DNA of 64,000 bases from Macrostomum lignano (GCA_002269645.1 NIVC01000240.1:62001-126000), one strand, 5' to 3'; numbered from the stretch's first letter, positions 1-11,900 are shown. The notes: generated from the sequence alone by a model not told the origin. Numbers and translations are program-made.

Positions 1-1
1 T

Positions 2-216
2 CGACAGTTCCTGCGCCACCGGCCCCACTATCGGCGCCTGCGCGCAGAGTATCGCGAGACGGTGACGCCGCCGCAGGCGCCGCTGTTGAAGCACAAGCCA
101 CCGGATCGGCTGGGCAGCGTGACGCTGCTGCTGGATCTCGAGGGGACTCTGCTGACCAGTAAACGGCTGACAGAGTCTGGCGGTGACGACTGGACTGGCT
201 GGGAGGCAATGCAAAA
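2..216 (+). CDS. CTD small phosphatase (SCP/CTDSP, NIF/FCP1-homology HAD domain)-like protein, first visible exon (gene runs off the window 5' end)
   Basis: Frame open from base 2. It encodes ...VTLLLDLEGTLLTS, aligning to the SCP motif I region (VIDLDETLVHS). Donor AA|GTGCGT at 217, phase 2, compatible with the next exon. Confidence 0.75.
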
Positions 217-292
217 GTGCGTTCTGTTTGTCTTGCTGGGATGGGCGTAGCCAGGGAGGCAGGGAGGAGCCGTGCCCTCCGAATAGGCTCGC

Positions 293-628
293 AAAATGGT
301 GCTGGCGGCCTTTGGTGCTGGCGGCCCTTGGTGCTGGCGGCCCTTGGTGCTGGCGCCTCTTGGTGCTGGCGCCTCTTGGTGCTGGCGGCCCTTGGTGCTG
401 GCGCCTCTTGGTGCTGGCGCCTCTTGGTGCTGGCGGCCCTTGGTGCTGGCGCCTCTTGGTGCTGGCGCCTCTTGGTGCTGGCGCCCCTTGGTGCTGGCGC
501 CTCTTGGTGCTGGCGCCTCTTGGTGCTGGCGCCTCTTGGTGCTGGCGCCTCTTGGTGCTGGCGCCTCTTGGTGCTGGCGCCCCTTGGTGCTGGCGCCTCT
601 TGGTGCTGGCGCCCCTTGGTGCTGGCTC
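293..628. repeat. 16-bp minisatellite (GGTGCTGGCGCCTCTT and variants), ~21 copies, in intron 1 of the SCP-like gene
   Basis: Directly visible tandem unit. The overlapping ORFs in several frames are 16-aa periodic artefacts. Confidence 0.95.
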
Positions 629-1001
629 TCCAATAAAAAATCGTGGCTATGCCCCCTGCTTGCTGGGGATCAATGGATAGAATAGAAGGAAGGATACAAG
701 ATACTATCAGGTAAAGTGGCTCGCTTGATGAAGAGTAGATAAATAAAGGTAAATATCAACATGAAGCATCGGCAACTTAAATAAGTAAATAACTAACTTC
801 ATGTTGATATTTACCTTTATTTATCTACAAGATACTATGAATACTTGGCGTTTTGCGTCTAAATTGCCTCCCTTAGCGACTTCAAATTATGGTTTTTGTT
901 CTACGCACGGGTCCCATTCGAGTGTCAGCAGATCTACCGTTGATTTTTAATCGCCCGAAACTCACCATGTCTCACCATCAGCTCCTCCGTACCGTTCGCA
1001 G

Positions 1002-1185
1002 GCACCACGGCGCCGACCTGATCCTGCTGCTGCCGGAGACGCCGGCCAGCTTCAAGCGGCACAAATATGTCGTTTATAAACGGCCCGGCCTGGACCGCTT
1101 TTTGCTCGAGCTGGACCGGCTGGGATTCGAATGCGTGGCCTACAGCTCGGCCACACTGCAGCTGGCCTCGTGTCTAGTGTCCCAG
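1002..1185 (+). CDS. SCP/CTDSP-like protein, middle exon
   Basis: Acceptor ttcgcag|G. Encodes YVVYKRPGLDRFLLELDRLGFECVAYSSA, matching SCP VYVLKRPHVDEFL...FECVLFTAS. Donor CAG|GTGTGT, phase 0. Confidence 0.8.
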
Positions 1186-1198
1186 GTGTGTAGCTACC

Positions 1199-1724
1199 GG
1201 GAATCCGGTACCGGTTACTGGGAATCGGGTACCGGTTACTGGGAATCGGGTACCGGTTACTGGGATTCGGGTACCGGTTACTGGGAATCGGGTACCGGTT
1301 ACTGGGAATCGGGTACCGGTTACTGGGAATCGGGTACCGGTTACTGGGAATCGGGTACCGGTTACTGGGAATCGGGTACCGGTTACTGGGATTCGGGTAC
1401 CGGTTACTGGGAATCGGGTACCGGTTACTGGGATTCGGGTACCGGTTACTGGGAATCGGGTACCGGTTACTGGGATTCGGGTACCGGTTACTGGGAATCG
1501 GGTACCGGTTACTGGGATTCGGGTACCGGTTACTGGGAATCGGGTACCGGTTACTGGGATTCGGGTACCGGTTACTGGGAATCGGGTACCCGTTACTGGG
1601 AATCGGGTACCGGTTACTGGGATTCGGGTACCGGTTACTGGGAATCGGGTACCGGTTACTGGGATTCGGGTACCGGTTACTGGGAATCGGGTACCGGTTA
1701 CTGGGAATGGGGTACCGGTTACTT
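1199..1724. repeat. 21-bp minisatellite (GA[A/T]TCGGGTACCGGTTACTGG), ~25 copies, in intron 2 of the SCP-like gene
   Basis: Directly visible tandem unit. It produces the WESGTGY repeat in ORF 889-1734 but lies after the donor at 1186. Confidence 0.95.
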
Positions 1725-1887
1725 CAGTACCTAAGGTATAGCAGCTATACCTATACCTAAAAAGCTAGGTTTCCTCCAAAAGGATGTTGCTCTTCATTCA
1801 AAATCACCTCAACCTCACTGCTTCAAGTGAAACATAGCCATTTGTTTTTGCGTCGAAAAATGATCAGCAACTAATTATGTTAATTAG

Positions 1888-2283
1888 GTCGACCGAGACG
1901 GCATCATCGCCAGCGTGCTCGCCCGTAAGGCCTGCACCTGGACCGGCCCCTCCGCCCAGCCGCTGCTATTCAAAGACATTGACGCCATCGGGCGCGACCC
2001 GTCTCGGACAGTTCTCATTGATGATTGGCCGCTATGCTGCTCAGACTCCGCCAATTTGCTGCAAGTGCCGACCTTCTCCACTGGCTCAAACGAGTGGCAA
2101 TTCGGCCAGTCCAATGCTGAGTCAACACTGTCCGCCTCAGCCGAGCTACCGTTAAACCGGCTGCTCACCGTGCTGGAGCGGCTGGCCGAGTGGACAGGCG
2201 ACGTGCGCGACTTTCTCAGCAAGGCGGATTGCGTTGCCACCTATCGGTCCGGCCTAGCAACGGCTGCGGCGGCTAGCAACTAG
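1888..2283 (+). CDS. SCP/CTDSP-like protein, last exon
   Basis: Acceptor taattag|GTC. Encodes VDRDGIIASVLARKAC...FKDIDAIGRDPSRTVLIDD, matching SCP LDKWGAFRARLFRESC...KDLSRLGRDL...IVDN. Stop TAG 2281-2283. Confidence 0.8.
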   Translation, partial: VDRDGIIASVLARKACTWTGPSAQPLLFKDIDAIGRDPSRTVLIDDWPLCCSDSANLLQVPTFSTGSNEWQFGQSNAESTLSASAELPLNRLLTVLERLAEWTGDVRDFLSKADCVATYRSGLATAAAASN

Positions 2284-2540
2284 ATATAACATGTTGCTAC
2301 CTATGATTATATCACGGTTCACTGTTTAACCTGCTGCATCATCGCCTCCCTTCCCATTAGAAGATTCGTTATTAAAGAAAAGGAACAGAAAAAATCGATA
2401 TTGATGATTATGTCGAATTATGTCGATACCTATCTGACAATGTTTATTTTATGCATTAGAAAATTTACGAGCTCGTAAGATGCAGTCATTTTACTCAATA
2501 GTCACACAGAAGCATTGTACTGAAGATCCAGAATCAACAG

Positions 2541-5423
2541 TTAAAGCTCTTCGTGAATGACACCATTTGGCACTTTGTCTTGGGCAGAAACAATGGGTGA
2601 CTTAACTACGTTAATAGTGTCTTCTTTCCTTTCACTGTTTGAAGCAAAAGGCCTGTTGCTCAAGACTCTTCCGAACCTGTTGCCAGACGATTTATTGTTG
2701 GAGTTAACTTTACCTCTGTAAACCTGTTCAACAAAATTGTAGACAGGGTGTGCTGGCTTCCAGGGTTCTGGATTCGTCTCAATGGACTGCTCGCCCGTCA
2801 ATTCACCACCCAGGCCTTTTCTTGCCCATTCAGACGCCTCAGCAATCAAAGCGCCCGCGGGTATGGGGCCCAGGGGCAATCGGTGGAGAGCAGACCTGTC
2901 ACCAGTGAGCAAAACCAGTGCCGGTAGGCTGTGACCTGCAATTTTTTGTACCAGATCATCCAGCTCGTGGTGGCGATGCAGCTTCAGATGACAAACACTT
3001 GCACCTTTCTCAATAAACTGGTTCCCGAGGTTTTTCAAAATGTCCAGATAATCTGTCACGCTGGTCGTATGAAACAGCACGATCAGAGGTCGCGCACTGT
3101 TGACAGCTTCTGCCAAGTAGGCCCAGCTGCAGGGAAAGATCACGTAAAGGTGACCCCTGGTAATGAAACTCATCAGCTTGATAGAGTCGTTGATGTCGCC
3201 AGTAAACTGCCGACTCGCCGGAAAAGATTCGTGGTAAAAGGCCGCAAAAGTCGAACTTCGATTCCTGTCAGTCAGCTCCTCGAAAATGAAGACATCCTTA
3301 AACTGCATCTCCAAGGCAAGCGTTATCACCGAGCTGGATATTTCAGGACCGCTAATGACAAACGCGCGCGACATCAGGGGCAAAAATGTCTCCAGCAGAT
3401 CGCGGGTCTTTTCAGATGACTGGCTATGAAGAACCGGCGGTGACAAAGCCAAATGCGCGAAAGCGCACAAGCGCCCGACACTAATTGGCCCAGCGTATTC
3501 GCTCAGCTTAGTGCCGCGTTTGTACATTGCTACAGTTGGGTAAGTATTGACTTTCAGGTAGCTGCACAGCTGGTTGGCCTCGAAGCAATCGAGTTTGACT
3601 AGCTGAACGTCTTGCATGCCGGCTCTCTTGACGCACTGGTTCACGGCCGACCAGATCGCTCTTGCAGCTTTGCACACGGGGCTCCAGGGCACCGTGAACA
3701 GCACTAGCCAGGGCCTGTCCGCATCCAATAGCAGTAGAAAACTGTCGAACAGCTCTTGGCTTTTGTCAACCACTAAGATGCCAGTTGTGTTGTAGATTTC
3801 GTTGAATTTCGATTGCTCAACGAACGCATCAACTCCATCGATGTCATGGGGCGAAGGATCGTCGTCAGATTGCTCAGTGAACGAGGCTGTCTCATCTGTG
3901 CAGTCGCCACCGAATAAGTGACCGCAGGTCGTCAGCGCACTGGGTAGTTGCCCTCGGTTGAAAAATTCAATGTTATGCAGGGAAAGTTGGATGCTTTCTC
4001 GGTACGATTGGCTCCGATCGATGGCATCTCGAACTGCAGAATCCAGCTTCATCATCGGATCGTGTGGGCCAAAGAGTCCAAAATCTGTGCCGGGCATGCG
4101 AATGATGAAGCAAAGTTTCTCACATGCACCGCTGATCTCTACACCGCTGTCTAATCCTGTAGTCAAATCCATTGCAAGCGGCTTAGTGAGTACAAGCGGG
4201 TAGAATGTTAGGCCAAAATTTCCTTCTAGAACAACTAAAATGTCTCTCATTCTCTCCCAATCTAGTAAAGTGTTTTTCATTGCGGTCTCATCCGCTGCCA
4301 CTCCCAAGACATAGGTGTCTGATAGAGCAGCAAATGCTTCCATGAAAAAGGTTTTCTGAAAAAATGCTGGATAAGGGAGAATGCCAGATACATCAGATCT
4401 TGCGCTCTGTTCTTTCAAAATTTGATGGACCAGGAAGCCAGAAAACTGCTCCGATGTTAGGAGAGAATCAGCGGTCGCCACTATCGGCTTGCAATTGAAC
4501 GCCCAATCCGGCGCGGACTGGCAGTGATCCTTCGTAAACAAAGCCAGGTGAGCCTGGTGACTCTCGAATTCGTAGCGGTAGGTTGGTCGCTGAGACTGCT
4601 CACGAATTTGGCTCAATTGAGCATCGGCAATGTGAAATGAAAAGAGCTTCTTCAGACTTAACGCTGCGTCGAGAAATAAATTTAAAATGTGATAATATGC
4701 GGGAGATTTTGTAGGCCAGGTGACAAACATGGCCACCGGTGTCCCGTCATTACTTAGTCGACTGCCATGAGCATCCTGGATTTCCTGCTGTATTAGATAT
4801 TCACTTGTGAAAGAGATCTCGAACCACAACTCGCCAAGTTCCCTAGCGATAAACAGTTGGCGCTCAAGGAGGCGGAATGCAATGTAGCCGAGTGTTCCCG
4901 GCGGAACTGATTGCTTTCCATCCAAACCAATTTGGGATCCAATAGGAGAGCAAGTGACGCTCTCTGAACAGTAAGCGCTGAGCAAAAATATGCGATGGTC
5001 ACGCGGGCTAGCGCAACTTCCTCGAATCCTGTTGCAGATGTCCGCGGCACCCTTGGAGCAGTCAAGCTTGGCCACGAATGCCAAATTCTTGGCGGTGAGA
5101 ACTTCAAGACTTGTATTCCAGGAAGCTTTAATGTCGGCAGCGAGCTGATCGGAGAGGACCACCGCTACAGAGGCTCGGTCTACCAGAGAGTGTACTCCGA
5201 CTTTCCTTACGTGAGCCAGCTCAGTCAGGTGATGCATCAACGAGAATTCTTTATTGGATCCTTCACGGAGATCTGCACCTGGGCGGCTGATAACGATCGC
5301 CTTGGCTGCGATAGCCTCAAATTCTGAGCGGCATTGCAGCTCGGCCACTGCGCTTGAGGCGTGCACCATCAACTGAAGTGCCAGCAGGATTAGAAGATTG
5401 AGTTGCAAAAGATTCGCAAACAT
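2541..5423 (-). CDS. Intronless 960-aa ER-lumen thioredoxin-fold (PDI family, TXNDC16/ERp90-like) protein
   Basis: Hydrophobic N-terminal signal peptide. Trx-like segments VAKLDCSKG and PWLVLFTVPWSPVCK...VKLDCFEANQLCSYLKVNTYPTVAMYK. C-terminal HEEL (KDEL-type retrieval signal). AG acceptor 1 nt before the ATG. Confidence 0.8.
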   Translation of the reverse strand: MFANLLQLNLLILLALQLMVHASSAVAELQCRSEFEAIAAKAIVISRPGADLREGSNKEFSLMHHLTELAHVRKVGVHSLVDRASVAVVLSDQLAADIKASWNTSLEVLTAKNLAFVAKLDCSKGAADICNRIRGSCASPRDHRIFLLSAYCSESVTCSPIGSQIGLDGKQSVPPGTLGYIAFRLLERQLFIARELGELWFEISFTSEYLIQQEIQDAHGSRLSNDGTPVAMFVTWPTKSPAYYHILNLFLDAALSLKKLFSFHIADAQLSQIREQSQRPTYRYEFESHQAHLALFTKDHCQSAPDWAFNCKPIVATADSLLTSEQFSGFLVHQILKEQSARSDVSGILPYPAFFQKTFFMEAFAALSDTYVLGVAADETAMKNTLLDWERMRDILVVLEGNFGLTFYPLVLTKPLAMDLTTGLDSGVEISGACEKLCFIIRMPGTDFGLFGPHDPMMKLDSAVRDAIDRSQSYRESIQLSLHNIEFFNRGQLPSALTTCGHLFGGDCTDETASFTEQSDDDPSPHDIDGVDAFVEQSKFNEIYNTTGILVVDKSQELFDSFLLLLDADRPWLVLFTVPWSPVCKAARAIWSAVNQCVKRAGMQDVQLVKLDCFEANQLCSYLKVNTYPTVAMYKRGTKLSEYAGPISVGRLCAFAHLALSPPVLHSQSSEKTRDLLETFLPLMSRAFVISGPEISSSVITLALEMQFKDVFIFEELTDRNRSSTFAAFYHESFPASRQFTGDINDSIKLMSFITRGHLYVIFPCSWAYLAEAVNSARPLIVLFHTTSVTDYLDILKNLGNQFIEKGASVCHLKLHRHHELDDLVQKIAGHSLPALVLLTGDRSALHRLPLGPIPAGALIAEASEWARKGLGGELTGEQSIETNPEPWKPAHPVYNFVEQVYRGKVNSNNKSSGNRFGRVLSNRPFASNSERKEDTINVVKSPIVSAQDKVPNGVIHEEL

Positions 5424-7746
5424 TCTAATTCGAAACTATTACGAGCTATGTTTTTACTGTAGTCTTTCGAACATAATCGTTTCGAGATTTTCTGTAGAGT
5501 AGCTCTGCAGTATAGTCTTAATATGAATTGTCGCGCAAGAACTCGCTCAGTTGACATGGGAACAGCGTCAGGTGGTGGAAGTTTTTGCATGTGCATGCAT
5601 TATCAAAGTGATTCTTACTGCATGTCATAGTGAACATGCAGCCCGGTTTACTCATTTGTGTATTTCTTATCGCTAAGCGATTAATAAATAATTAAAGAAT
5701 TAACGTCCCAAGTTATATTCAATACACGGTGGGTTAAAATAATTCAATACTGTCATTCATTCCAAAGATACGAGCCGGCATTTGCACGTGTTGGGAAAGT
5801 GTTACTACAATATTAAATTATTAAATTCCTTCATTTCGCGATGTACGCTTATGGCCAGATTTGCATTGATCACACAATACACAATATATTGTGTCGTATA
5901 CATGTGCGAGTACATGGCGCCACACAATTTACATGCACGATACGGGAAAGAATTTTTTACCCTTAAAAGTTGTAACTCAAAGATTAGCCGCCACATCGCA
6001 AAAATGCAAAGATTAAATCAGCAGGTTTTCCATGTTACAAATGCGCATATACCATAGGTATCTGTCAGATGAATACTCGTACTAAAGTGTCTCAGAAGGT
6101 GTCTCAATCTAACAGTATGGATTGACTCTTTAACTGTCGGGATGAATCTTTAACAGTCGGGACGTGTCTTTTACACGCATTGAATTTAATCCCAGATATG
6201 TTATCCAAAGTAATGGAGCTTTTGTTTATGGCAGCAAAGGCTGGGCACAGCAGCATCCATTTGGTCCATGGCTATGAAACACAAATCATGAGTTACAGCG
6301 CACGGTGTAATGCAATTTATTAGAGAAAATTTCACTATACCAACACAAGGTGACGTCAAAAATGTAATCTGCTTAACACCCCGGTTGGGCGAGGGCTCCA
6401 CCAAGACTTTTAGCAGAAACCATGCAAGAATTTAAGCCTTTTAGCCAGGGGTGTACTTGGTATAGTCATCCAAGGTGATCTCCGTTCAATTTCGGAGGTG
6501 GTTGAACAGCAACTCCTCCCCTTCATCAAATCTTGGATAAATACAAAAATAGACAGCTGGTATTGATCCACGTTGGACATCTTGATAAACGCCAGACATG
6601 GCCTGACAGGTAGCTTTCTTCATAGAGTGGTTAACGCGCCCTGCACGGTTGTGACCTGCACGTTCGCTTTTACTGGCTGTCTGTTTGATCACTCAAAACT
6701 AAAAAGCAGCCACGTATCTTCGCCTGCTGCAGCTGTCATCTGCTCCTCCTTGTCGGTTGCTTCTTTTGCACTAAGGATTTCGCCAGGATATTGTGCCACA
6801 AAAGCTCTTTTTGCCTTTTGCCAATGGGCATGCCGCAAGGGCGCCTTTGCCCTTTAAGCCGGCGTTAGCAATGCGAACTGCGCTGTCGTCTTTACTGCGT
6901 AGCCGTGTCTCAAATTCCTGGGCTTTGGCGTTGGGTCGCTGCATATGGCGCTACTTTGAAGGTATGGCTTCGAAGGCCCAGCTGCTGCTGCAGCAGCTTC
7001 GGGTACTTTTAGCTTCCATATTCCTAAAGTAAAGCCATGTATAAATCATAGACATGGACCTGCACTCATCAGCAGCCATCAGCATCAACAGAATGTCCCA
7101 ATTTTCGGACAATGTCCCGATTTCATGGGTTCGGGAGCCCGCCTCCAATGGGTTTGGGAGCCCGCCTCCAATGGGTTTGGGAGCCCGCCTTCTCCCAATA
7201 AAATGGCCCTTCTCGCTATAACAACGAAGCGTGCTAAAAACCTCTACCAACTTGCCACAGCAGCAGCAGCTCCAGCACTAAAGCAGCAACAGCAGCTAAC
7301 GGATATCCTGCTTTTCTCAGCTAATCGTATTGAAAGATGAAGATGAGTGAACATGAAGCACTGGCTGCGGACAAGGCAGCAGTCTCTGTGCCCTCCACAG
7401 CAGTGTCTGCGGATGAGACAGCAGTCTCTGCGCCCTCCACAGCAGCTGTGGATGAGGCAGCACTTTTTCGGCCATCAAAGGCCGCAAAAAGGCGAAGGCG
7501 ACGGAAGCTGCTTGCCACAAATTATCCGCCGACAGCCCCGCCGCCGCAGCGTTTCATCAGCGGCAGCGGCAGCGGCAGCCTGAAGCCCACCAAATCGCTG
7601 CTCTCGGTAAAAAAATAAGAGGGAGAAAGAGAGACTGCGCCGCCAGCAGCAGCAGCTTATGTCGCTATTGGAGAAGCAGCAGCAGCTGCTACAGCGCCCA
7701 AGTAGTTATAGTCATATGCTCATATACATGTAACAGCTGTGCTGCC

Positions 7747-8212
7747 ATGCAGCTTTGCCAGAAGCTGTGGTGCCCGCTTTGCCCGAAACTGTGGTGCCCG
7801 CTTTGCCCGAAACTGTGGTTCCCGCTTTGCCAGAAGCTGTGGTGCCCGATTTGCCAGAAGCTGTGGTGCCCGCGCTTTGCCCGAAACTGTGGTGCCCGAT
7901 TTGCCAGAAGCTGTGGTGCCCGATTTGCCAGAAGCTGTGGTGCCCGTGCTTTGCCAGAAGCTGTGGTGCCCGATTTGCCAGAAGCTGTGGTGCCCGATTT
8001 GCCAGAAGCTGTGGTGCCCGCTTTGCCAGAAGCTGTGGTGCCCGCCTTGCCAGAAGCTGTGGTGCCCGATTTGCCAGAAGCTGTGGTGCCCGCTTTGCCA
8101 GAAGCTGTGGTGCCCGATTTGCCAGAAGCTGTGGTGCCCGATTTGCTAGAAGCTGTGGTGCCCGCGCTTTGCCTGAAACTGTGGTGCCCGCTTTGCCAGA
8201 AGCTGTGGTGTA
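7747..8212. repeat. 24-bp minisatellite (GCCAGAAGCTGTGGTGCCCG[A/C]TTT), ~19 copies
   Basis: Visible tandem unit with 26-bp variants that shift frame. Confidence 0.95.
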
Positions 8213-8439
8213 CTTAAACTTTAATCAGCTAATCGTATTGAAAGAAGATGAGTGAACATGAAGCCCTGGCTGCGGATGAGGCAACAGTCTCTGTGCCCTC
8301 TACAGCACTGGCTGTGGATGAGGCCGCCCTCTGGCAATCAGTCGATCCTGATTGTTATCCTCATATAATTCAAGAAGGCTTTCGACTCGGTCGTCAGGTC
8401 TGTGCTCCCAAAGGTGCTCCGTACGCATACATGTGCCAG

Positions 8440-8990
8440 AGCAGCTGATTTACGCCATCATGGGCCATGGCGATGTACCGTGATACGAAAGCTGCTGTTT
8501 CAACACCGGACGGCCTATCGGACTTCTTTGAGACATCCTCCGGGTGCTTCAGGAAGATACGCCTGCGCCGTTCCTGTTCGTTCTGGTGCTTTACTGGGTG
8601 CTGCGGACCGCTCTTCCTACCAACGACGACGGCGTGGGTCGACGTCAACTGGAGAGGCGGCTCAGCTTGCTTGGCTACGCCGACGATCTCGCCCTGCTGT
8701 CCTCAACTGTCAAGGGCGCCCAGCGACAACTGGACAAGCTAGTTGCTGTTGCGGCGAGTATCGGCCTGGTGATCAACACGCAGAAAACCGTCATGCTTTG
8801 CGTGCCGGACGACATCTATCGAGGCTGCGATTTTGGGCCAAGGCGCTGATGGACAGGCAACAGAGCTTCCGCGTTGTCAGCAGTTCGTCTACCTCGGCGG
8901 TCTGGTTCCCGGCGTCCGCAAGGATTTGCGGCGTCGCCGCGGACTTGCCTGGGCTGCCTTTCGTTCTGTGAGGGCAGTCCTGCAGTCCGA
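8440..8990 (+). mobile_element. Decayed non-LTR retrotransposon (RTE-like) reverse transcriptase fragment
   Basis: AMYRDTKAAVSTPDGLSDFF, then (frameshift) VLQEDTPAPFLFVLVL...LGYADDLALL...GLVINTQKT. YADD at 8676-8687. Frameshifted and truncated at both ends. Confidence 0.85.
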
Positions 8991-11900
8991 TCAATGATGT
9001 CAGTATCGTGTATTGTACTCAGTAAAACTGTTAAAATACAATGGCCTAGTCAAGAAAATTTTGGGTCTTTGTCCTTTGCTTTAGATTGGCCCGATTGCAC
9101 TACTACCAGTAGCAAGCAATGTTTAAAATTTTCGATTTCGATTTTAAATTCTGAAAATTCTAACAAATAAATTCTATTTCGACTTTAATAAAAAATCTGT
9201 TTCGATCCCTCTCTAACTCTAATATAAAGCCTATGCAGGATGAATTTCCTAAAAATAAATAAGATTTCATTAGTAGGCCTATTTAGCTGGCAGTCGTGCG
9301 CAACTTCTGGGTGCCAAGTCATATTAAGCTTGACACCATTTAGCTGAATTAGTTATGTAACTGATGAAATAATGCAAAATCAATATATAGTTTATATAGT
9401 TATATAGTTATAGTTTTCATGTATAAGCCTAATAGCCTATGCTATGCTGTAGCCAGCTATATAAGCCCCTATGCCTAACATCATTATTTTCTAAATTGCA
9501 TCCTAAAATTAGACATTGGATTAGGCCTAGGCCTATATTTAAATTATAATATCAAATCTTGTTTTTAATTTTTCTTTCTATAAAAGGAAAATTTTAATTA
9601 CCTTTATTTTATTCTTGGATTTAGTTCAATTAGGCTATGTTCTATTCTAGCCTAGGCCTAGTTCCCCACATTAAATTATTTTTATTGATTTTTGTTTATT
9701 TTGTATTTTGTAACTAACCATTCTTTTATCAATTATAATCCACATTATGTTGATCCAAACAAAGGTTCATTTTTTGCAATTTTGTGTCAAACTAATTTAA
9801 TGTAGGCCTTAGAAACAAAGACATTGCCCTAATTATATCTTAAAACTAGATCTTAGATAGGCCAACAACTTTACATCCTATTTGTAGTTGAAATCCCTGA
9901 GTAAGAGCCAGTATCATTATTATTAGGGGGCCTTATTAATGATACTAATTAAAGTCTGATTTAAGCCTGTTTAAAGATAGTTGTCAAAATGTATCTAGTA
10001 TAGCTCTTAATAAAATTTTAATTCATATTTATCATGGGTTTCTATGCTTTTTGTTGCCTAGCATTTTGGGATCCTAGGTTACTAAACTAGCAGAAATTTG
10101 ACAAACTTATTTTATTATTGATTTGATTTCTGAAGTAACATGCAATCATAGATCATGTTTTGATTTCTTAAAAAATCTAGATTGAAACAAAGTCATAGCT
10201 TAACAAAATGAAAAACAATCATTTTAATTTTTTATTTCAAAGCAAATATTATTAAATTAAGACTCACTTTCTATTTGTGCTAGTGCTCTTCCCTGTACAC
10301 TGAGAATCCCACCGGTTAGCCACCAGCTGTTGTAGGGCTACTTTTCTAATTCCTATTATTGACTGTTCTAAAGCTGCCACCAAAGTTGTTACAGGGGTTA
10401 TTCCTTCTTGTTAATATTGCTGGTTATTACTTGCCTTTTACTAGTAGCATATATACACGTCTATTGGTAGCATATATACTTTTATTGTACTTTCTGGCCT
10501 GAGTGGTCTTTTTAGGCACTGTCTATCCTTTTCCTATACTCCTCTAAAGATATTATTCTCAGTCCTGGGCATTCCTGGGATCAGAAGGTCACAGCGCACT
10601 TCACTGGGTATTCTGCCCTGAGGCGGGTTTCTTAGACTCTGAGTCTGGGCTTCTCTACCTTGTGGTAGGATCTCTGCCTCCTAAAGGCGATTTCTCAGAT
10701 CCTAGATCTGGTTGTCTCATTCTCTAAGAACGGGTTGAACTCTCCCAATCTTGGGGCTTCTGATGCTTTCTAAAATAACTAAGTCAGTAAGTATCGAGCA
10801 ATATACTAGAACAGTTTTAAGCTTGAAGCCAGCAAAGCACAAGTTGCTCTCCTTCTTATTCGGCTTGTGTATTTATACTCCTCTCAATTTGGTCTTTTAA
10901 ACAAATAAAATTTCATAATATTTAAAATATTTACAATATTACTAATATTATACGTATTAAAACAAAATAGTCTAGTTTCAAATATACTACTTTCTAGGAA
11001 ATGAACAATGCTAAAATAAGGCCTACCTCATATTTTAGGTTCTAATTCTAATTTATAATTCAGGTAGGCCTACCAAAAAGCAAACTGGGGCACCAAAATG
11101 CCAGGCACTATAAAACACAAGCACCAAAAAGCATGGATAGGCTTACCTTATCATAAATATTTTAAAAATTTGTATAAATTAAACTTTTAGTTGTATTTGC
11201 AATTTTAAAAAGTTTAATGCTAAAATTGAATTTAATTAATAGTACTTTTCTTTTGGTTTTGATTTTTAAATGCTTTAGATATAACCAAATCTAAAATAGG
11301 CCTAGGTAGTTGTTTCTTAGTTGAATAACAGTCTAATAAAATCAATATTAAGTATTGTGGCAGCCCAATCAACACGCAGCCAGTAATTGCAAGTACATTT
11401 GCACTGAAACCCCCTACCCACCAGGCTAGGGGTGGGTGTACTCAGATAGACAGCCAATATGCTAATTCGGGGGTCGACCTTCAATCATGCCACCTTTTTG
11501 GCGCACTTCCCCATGTGATCACATGCTTATTTATACCTGACGTGTAAAGCTAATAAAATTTTACTTTTCTTACTTGCAACTTACTTCGTTTTCACAAGCC
11601 GCTAAGTATATTCTTTTATAGGCTGGATCTAAACATCCTATTTTTAGTATTCTTTTCAATTAATAATTTAATAGAGCTTCTTAACTAAATGTTTGTCATT
11701 ATAAAAGATATGCTCTGAAAAGTCATTTAGAAAGTTGTTATCTAACTATTAAAATAAATCAATATAAAATATAACCACAAAAGGTTAGCTATTGCTTTTA
11801 TTTCATTTCACAAAAAGCCTTTGGCTTTATAAATAAATTTCTATATCTAACTAGGCCTATTTTTTGTAAATCTTAATCAGATACAATATATTGGATAAAA

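Noticed and set aside
28-685. Several 130-200-aa ORFs on both strands
   Set aside because: Periodic translations of the 16-bp intronic minisatellite.
1186-1734. WESGTGY-repeat protein tail of ORF 889-1734
   Set aside because: Lies after the CAG|GT donor at 1186; the SCP homology resumes at 1888.
10280-10770. More GC-rich block inside the AT-rich region, possibly a decayed retroelement or exon
   Set aside because: No ORF or motif could be supported by eye.
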